Shown: one piece after another, positions 54,337 through 58,057 of the stretch
How the letters are laid out: each line of letters opens with the position of its first letter
Position numbering within the stretch: position 1 is the stretch's first letter
Source of the DNA: a virus
Lineage: Duplodnaviria; Caudoviricetes
IMG/VR virus record: IMGVR_UViG_3300030103_002567
Location: 1 to 58,057 of that record
Reading direction: 5' to 3' (one strand)
DNA: 58,057 bases
Made by a program: the position numbers and the translations under genes
Notes under the pieces: model-generated
What the model saw: the letters and a program-made list of their open reading frames with translations, nothing else
What the model was told of the DNA's origin: nothing
Database searches by the model: none

Positions 54337-54564
54337 CTATCCGAACATCATTTCAATCCATCTTTTATGCTCTTTCTTATTGCGCCAACCATTTTGTTTC
54401 GCTTTCTTGTACATAAGTTCATATATAAGGTTATGAACTTCGTCACTTGATAGGACTTCTTTAAGCATAGATTCAGCATCTTTATGGCTCATACGTGTGT
54501 GGTCATAGTCCACCAATACATCATCCATAATGCAGTCAATATCGATTATATCTTGAATTTTCAT
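54337..54564 (-). CDS. Early protein (75 aa), paralogous to the C-terminal domain of 53378..53809
   Basis: DDVL.DYD....DA...L...L..D.V...I pattern; stop codon abuts the ribozyme. Confidence 0.75.
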   Translation of the reverse strand: MKIQDIIDIDCIMDDVLVDYDHTRMSHKDAESMLKEVLSSDEVHNLIYELMYKKAKQNGWRNKKEHKRWIEMMFG

Positions 54565-54584
54565 AATGTTTAATTTGATTGTGT

Positions 54585-54707
54585 CTACATTGTAGACATC
54601 CAGTAATCGGGCATATCTCCACTAAATACCATGTAGAAAATTTTTGCCACCCCATATAATACAGGCGAACCCATAGCCATACCGATAATTATATAAATTG
54701 TGTTCAT
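54585..54707 (-). CDS. Small membrane peptide (40 aa, MNTIYIIIGMAMGSPVLYGVAKIFY...)
   Basis: Hand translation; A-rich leader; hydrophobic. Confidence 0.55.
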   Translation of the reverse strand: MNTIYIIIGMAMGSPVLYGVAKIFYMVFSGDMPDYWMSTM

Positions 54708-54719
54708 GTGTTGTTTAAT

Positions 54720-55016
54720 TTATCTGCTTACTACACTAGCAACCTTTGACGTTCCTGTGTTTATCATTCTTACTACATCCTCCCATTGCTCATCATCTGC
54801 GAACCATTCCAATTCGAAACGCTCGAAATCCATTTGCCAATTGGAAAGGGAGAACCCGTTCCCATGCAATCTAAAATCCCCTTGCTTATCTTTCTTAAAT
54901 GTAAGATGGTGTACATTATCGCACATACAGCCAATGGTCTTAAAAATTACCTCCCTTGCGCTTTCCTTGACCTCAATAGTCGGCGGGTCAAATATTAATT
55001 CTCTATACTTTCTCAT
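54720..55016 (-). CDS. Hypothetical early protein (98 aa)
   Basis: Downstream of the motif at 55036-55061. Confidence 0.75.
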   Translation of the reverse strand: MRKYRELIFDPPTIEVKESAREVIFKTIGCMCDNVHHLTFKKDKQGDFRLHGNGFSLSNWQMDFERFELEWFADDEQWEDVVRMINTGTSKVASVVSR

Positions 55017-55062
55017 GTGTTCTATTTTATATATTAACGTTTAAGATTTTGGTTTATTGTGT

Positions 55063-55449
55063 TTAATCAATGTTTAATTCGTTGCACAATTCAAGACCAT
55101 ACCAATACACTAAATGATTCACTAGCGTTTCGGTATCAAAGTCTGTTCCTCTGTATCTAAGGCGCATCGCCTCTCTGCCAAGTCCATGCTTTTTTAACCA
55201 TTCAATCGAGCGATAATATCCTATTATGTCGGGATAATCTTCAATTTCTCCGAAATGTTCACGTTCAAAATCTTTGCAGATATTTACGGCTTCAAGTTCG
55301 CCTAATCCATGCTCTTTTAACCATTGGCTACTTTGGTAATATCCTATTATGTAGTAATCTTCATTGAACATTTCATGATGGGTTGTCAATCCATCCTTTT
55401 GACTTTCATTGATATGCTCTAGTAGTTCTGTTTTAATTGAATTTTTCAT
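55063..55449 (-). CDS. Early protein with an internal duplication (IIGYY...WLK.HGLG twice)
   Basis: Downstream of the motif at 55469-55494; repeat visible in both DNA and protein. Confidence 0.75.
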   Translation of the reverse strand: MKNSIKTELLEHINESQKDGLTTHHEMFNEDYYIIGYYQSSQWLKEHGLGELEAVNICKDFEREHFGEIEDYPDIIGYYRSIEWLKKHGLGREAMRLRYRGTDFDTETLVNHLVYWYGLELCNELNID

Positions 55450-55478
55450 GCTGTTTGTTTTATATATTAACGTTTAGT

Positions 55479-55694
55479 TTATTCTTTTATTGTGTCCTTT
55501 AATAAAAAATATTTTATACCTCCGCAGTAGATAGCCATTAATAGAATACCTAAGGCGCTAAAAATTAGGCTGTTTAGTTCTGCTGTATTTTCGCATGTAT
55601 CTACCCTCAATCCAGTAAGGAAAAAGAATACAAGGCATACATTTTTCAAGGCTCCGAAAAATTTAGCCGTTGCGCGTGTTATCTTATTATTCAT
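55479..55694 (-). CDS. Two-TM membrane protein (71 aa)
   Basis: Two hydrophobic segments. Confidence 0.65.
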   Translation of the reverse strand: MNNKITRATAKFFGALKNVCLVFFFLTGLRVDTCENTAELNSLIFSALGILLMAIYCGGIKYFLLKDTIKE

Positions 55695-55699
55695 AGCCC

Positions 55700-55867
55700 T
55701 TATATTTTATATCCAACGCAATAAACATCGTTATACTCGTTCAACATCTGCATTAATTTTTTATATGCTTTTGTTGCGGTTGGACGTTTACAAAATTGAG
55801 TCTTGAATAGGTATTCTCTACCGTCTTTTGTCTTATAGTAAAATATATATAGTTGTCTACTTTCCAT
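55700..55867 (-). CDS. Small basic early protein (55 aa, MESRQLYIFYYKTKDG...)
   Basis: Hand translation; downstream of the motif at 55887-55912. Confidence 0.7.
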   Translation of the reverse strand: MESRQLYIFYYKTKDGREYLFKTQFCKRPTATKAYKKLMQMLNEYNDVYCVGYKI

Positions 55868-55963
55868 TGTTTCTATTTTATATTATAACGTATAGTTTTT
55901 AATCTTATTGTGTGCGTGAGTGTGAACACCCCCCCGCAGGGGGGCGCACAAACAAACAAACAT

Positions 55964-56671
55964 CTAATGTTTAAGGATATATATATCCTTTTTCTTTTTA
56001 CCGCCAAACGTGCCACTACATAGACCACATTCAAGACAGGTTTTTTTCTTTCCACTTTCAGCGGACGCAGGGCAATTGAAACCCTCCGAAATTTCCTCAT
56101 CGCTTACAATGAATGAGCGGTAACCCCTAGCCCTAGCCTCTACCATATCTGCGAGGGTGTGTGTTGAGGCCATGAAGCGCGTTTCACTTACTTTGTGCCA
56201 TTGGTGCGTATATCCTGTAACCTTTGCCCTCACGTCATTAGCCAATCTAAAAAGCGCGTCACGTATTGGGGCTTCAAGCGTTACGGCTTCGCCATACGTC
56301 CCGAAGCGAATTAATTTAGGACTAACCTTGTTTTTTGCGAAGTCAATAAATTTCTTGAATTCCTTCGCGTTGAATTCTTTTAACGTGCCGTTATCTAGTT
56401 GTTTTTTAAGGCTTCTAAGTTTAGATTTCAACCCCCTTAGTTGGTCATGTTTGTGAGTATAGCACCCCCCAGACTTGCCGTTGTTTTGGTTGTAACTAAA
56501 GGGGCAATCCATACAATTTTCAGCATCAAGTGTCAAATCATATTTTTTTACCTGCTTTATGCTAAAGTGGTATGTCTGCAATACCAACCCGATACCAATT
56601 TTAGAATTTTGTGAGACTTTCAAGTCTAGCGAATGGATAACTTTCCCGTCTATGTATGCATAAATTTTCAT
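55964..56671 (-). CDS. Cys-rich putative Fe-S / radical-SAM-like protein (gp88-related)
   Basis: NSKIG, C..CPF....GGCY, IRFGTYGE, GYTHQW, FMAS, CPAS...TC..CGLC. Confidence 0.65.
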   Translation of the reverse strand: MKIYAYIDGKVIHSLDLKVSQNSKIGIGLVLQTYHFSIKQVKKYDLTLDAENCMDCPFSYNQNNGKSGGCYTHKHDQLRGLKSKLRSLKKQLDNGTLKEFNAKEFKKFIDFAKNKVSPKLIRFGTYGEAVTLEAPIRDALFRLANDVRAKVTGYTHQWHKVSETRFMASTHTLADMVEARARGYRSFIVSDEEISEGFNCPASAESGKKKTCLECGLCSGTFGGKKKKDIYILKH

Positions 56672-56708
56672 GATGTTATAACGCTTTATGTTTTACTTTA
56701 TTGTGCTA

Positions 56709-56975
56709 TTATCCAAAAATTGATTTCGGCATAGAGGTTTCAAGTTCCCATATCTTTTCAACGTGTTGAAACCACTTGTAAGTATCTTCAATATCCTTTA
56801 CATAACTTTCGAAATATTCAAGTTCTACTTCTTCTGCTTCCTGTATGTGTTCGTGCATCCCGTCTAGTTGATACACCATCCAGTCATGATATCTGTCTAA
56901 ATCAATACCCTCGTATATTTTACGGCATCTAGACTGTAACTGCCACATTCTTTCTATTTGTTGTTTGCGTTCCAT
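56709..56975 (-). CDS. Acidic helical early protein (88 aa)
   Basis: Downstream of the motif at 56984-57010. Confidence 0.75.
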   Translation of the reverse strand: MERKQQIERMWQLQSRCRKIYEGIDLDRYHDWMVYQLDGMHEHIQEAEEVELEYFESYVKDIEDTYKWFQHVEKIWELETSMPKSIFG

Positions 56976-57019
56976 ATCTATATAACGTTTAGTTGTTTTA
57001 CTTTATTGTGTGTTTTTTG

Positions 57020-57197
57020 AAAAAATCCTCAGCGTTAACGACTACCTGAGGGGTCACCGTGCGCTAACTAGTATAGCGCCTTCCTGTTATCTACTCAAAA
57101 TACCTTTTTACTCTGCAGTCGTTACCTATACTTTTCTAAAGGTCTTAGGGTGTTATATAGTGGATAGGTCAATATTGCCATATTTCCAATGCACCCC
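57020..57197 (-). ncRNA. Candidate structured small RNA (~180 nt)
   Basis: Own promoter motif at 57205-57230, no credible ORF, several stems, terminal CCTCAG/CTGAGG hairpin with a U tract. Confidence 0.55.
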
Positions 57198-57217
57198 GTA
57201 AAAGAACGTTTCTTGTT

Positions 57218-57514
57218 TTATTTTATTGTGTCAAGTTTCACAAAATTTTCATCCCAATTGTCACAAAGAAAAACCAACTCTTCAGACGTGTCCGCCTTGG
57301 CTACAATATTAAACCCGTTAGCGGTTAGTAGATTGAAGGCTTGTTTGTCTGCACCCCCTGCGCTATATGAGAAAGGTACTGTAATGCTTTCGGTTTTATC
57401 TCCTGCCCACCTGCCAGGCTCGAAAATTTTAACCCTTGCGCCTCTATGGTTAGTAGGTCCTAAAAACTTCACTTTGATTTGTCTTAGTGTTTGAACGTCT
57501 GCTAAATTTTTCAT
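57218..57514 (-). CDS. Phage early protein (I.VKFLGPTN.RGARVK type)
   Basis: Recurrent phage motif; downstream of the motif at 57533-57558. Confidence 0.75.
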   Translation of the reverse strand: MKNLADVQTLRQIKVKFLGPTNHRGARVKIFEPGRWAGDKTESITVPFSYSAGGADKQAFNLLTANGFNIVAKADTSEELVFLCDNWDENFVKLDTIK

Positions 57515-57550
57515 GATTTCCTTTTATATATTAACGTTTAGTTTTCTAGT

Positions 57551-57781
57551 TTATTGTGCGTTTTTTTCAGCGAATGAATCCAAGAATACCCGAGCAATCC
57601 AAAACAATTGCCCAATCATTGTAATGAGCCCAATGTTAACCCATAGTTCAAATTTTGCATCAATCCCTTTTGCGTTCCCAATGTTTAGGAAGGCTACTAA
57701 TACCGCAAGGGAAAAGAAGGTCGCCATCAATTGATTAAGGCTTGTTCGGAGTGTTCTAAGTTTTAAGTTTTTCATGTTCAT
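57551..57781 (-). CDS. Two-TM membrane protein, first early gene
   Basis: Two hydrophobic helices; downstream of the motif at 57805-57831. Confidence 0.7.
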   Translation of the reverse strand: MNMKNLKLRTLRTSLNQLMATFFSLAVLVAFLNIGNAKGIDAKFELWVNIGLITMIGQLFWIARVFLDSFAEKNAQ

Positions 57782-57985
57782 TGTTTGTTTGTTTACACTA
57801 TTAAAACGTTGGAGTGTGTGGTCTTATTGTGCTAGTATGATATTTTTTTTCACTTGCCTTAACTGCCGTCGTTCCCTATAATAACGTACAAACAGGGGGC
57901 GGTATTGTATAGAATTATAAAAAAAAGTGAATTTATTTTACCCTATTTCGTACGGGTGCGGGTGCGCGTTGGGGGTTGTGCCCTC

Positions 57986-58046
57986 TCTCGTTGCGTATTA
58001 TTTTGAAACGGGGGGGGTGGGGGTGGTGTCTCGTTGCGTATTATTT
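57986..58046. repeat. 18 bp direct repeat TCTCGTTGCGTATTATTT (two copies) separated by G runs
   Basis: Exact copies at 57986-58003 and 58029-58046. Confidence 0.85.
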
Positions 58047-58057
58047 AGAGGGGGGCG

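Larger units (their letters stand above)
52999..57909 (-). promoter_or_regulatory. Twelve dispersed copies of a bipartite early-promoter-like motif CACAATAA-N11/12-AAACGTT
   Basis: Copies at 52999-53024, 53818-53843, 54261-54286, 55036-55061, 55469-55494, 55887-55912, 56680-56705, 56984-57010, 57205-57230, 57533-57558, 57805-57831, 57883-57909; ten lie a short distance upstream of an ATG and one heads the ncRNA candidate. Confidence 0.85.

Noticed and set aside
55717-55736. CGCAATAA...CGTTATA on the plus strand as another promoter copy
   Set aside because: Spacer far too short and it lies inside a coding sequence
57010-57201. 63 aa plus-strand ORF; also tmRNA, twister or pistol identity for the minus-strand RNA
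   Set aside because: The ORF opposes the local transcription direction and has no leader; the RNA has no T-loop/CCA end or tag frame and lacks the conserved twister and pistol cores
52999-57909. Repeated motif as a CRISPR array or integron attC sites
   Set aside because: Copies are bipartite with variable cores, irregularly spaced by whole genes and not palindromic; no cas or integrase gene
1-58057. Stop-codon reassignment, integrase/lysogeny module, DGR, introns or inteins
   Set aside because: Genes are intact and densely packed under code 11 with all three stops used; no recombinase, reverse transcriptase or intein motifs, and no interrupted core genes seen

Overview
The window looks like a near-complete, roughly 58 kb lytic dsDNA tailed phage genome, most likely infecting a Bacteroidota (flavobacterial) host. 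The host inference rests on TAnnTTT(G/A) -7 promoter boxes, A-rich leaders with no Shine-Dalgarno, a BT4734/VirE-N-type primase and crAss-like virion gene order. Layout: (i) a short leftward block with an M23 peptidase and tRNA-Arg(UCU); (ii) an iteron-like intergenic region; (iii) a long + strand arm with phage GroEL and GroES, about 12 very basic small proteins, lysis and receptor-binding genes, a second tandem GroES-like gene, terminase, portal, scaffold, major capsid, ring/muzzle tail proteins with an amidase between two tail genes, and three probable ejection proteins including one of 3132 aa; (iv) a - strand arm with replication/recombination genes (SF2 helicase, primase-helicase, SSB, RecE-like nuclease, Sak3-like annealase; no DNA polymerase or integrase recognised) and a small-ORF early region. 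The most notable non-coding features lie in the early region: a textbook type I hammerhead ribozyme (54281-54336, -), 13 copies of a bipartite CACAATAA-N11/12-AAACGTT promoter-like element, and an ORF-free ~180 nt structured RNA candidate with its own promoter and terminator. All protein calls come from motif recognition by eye, not from database searches.
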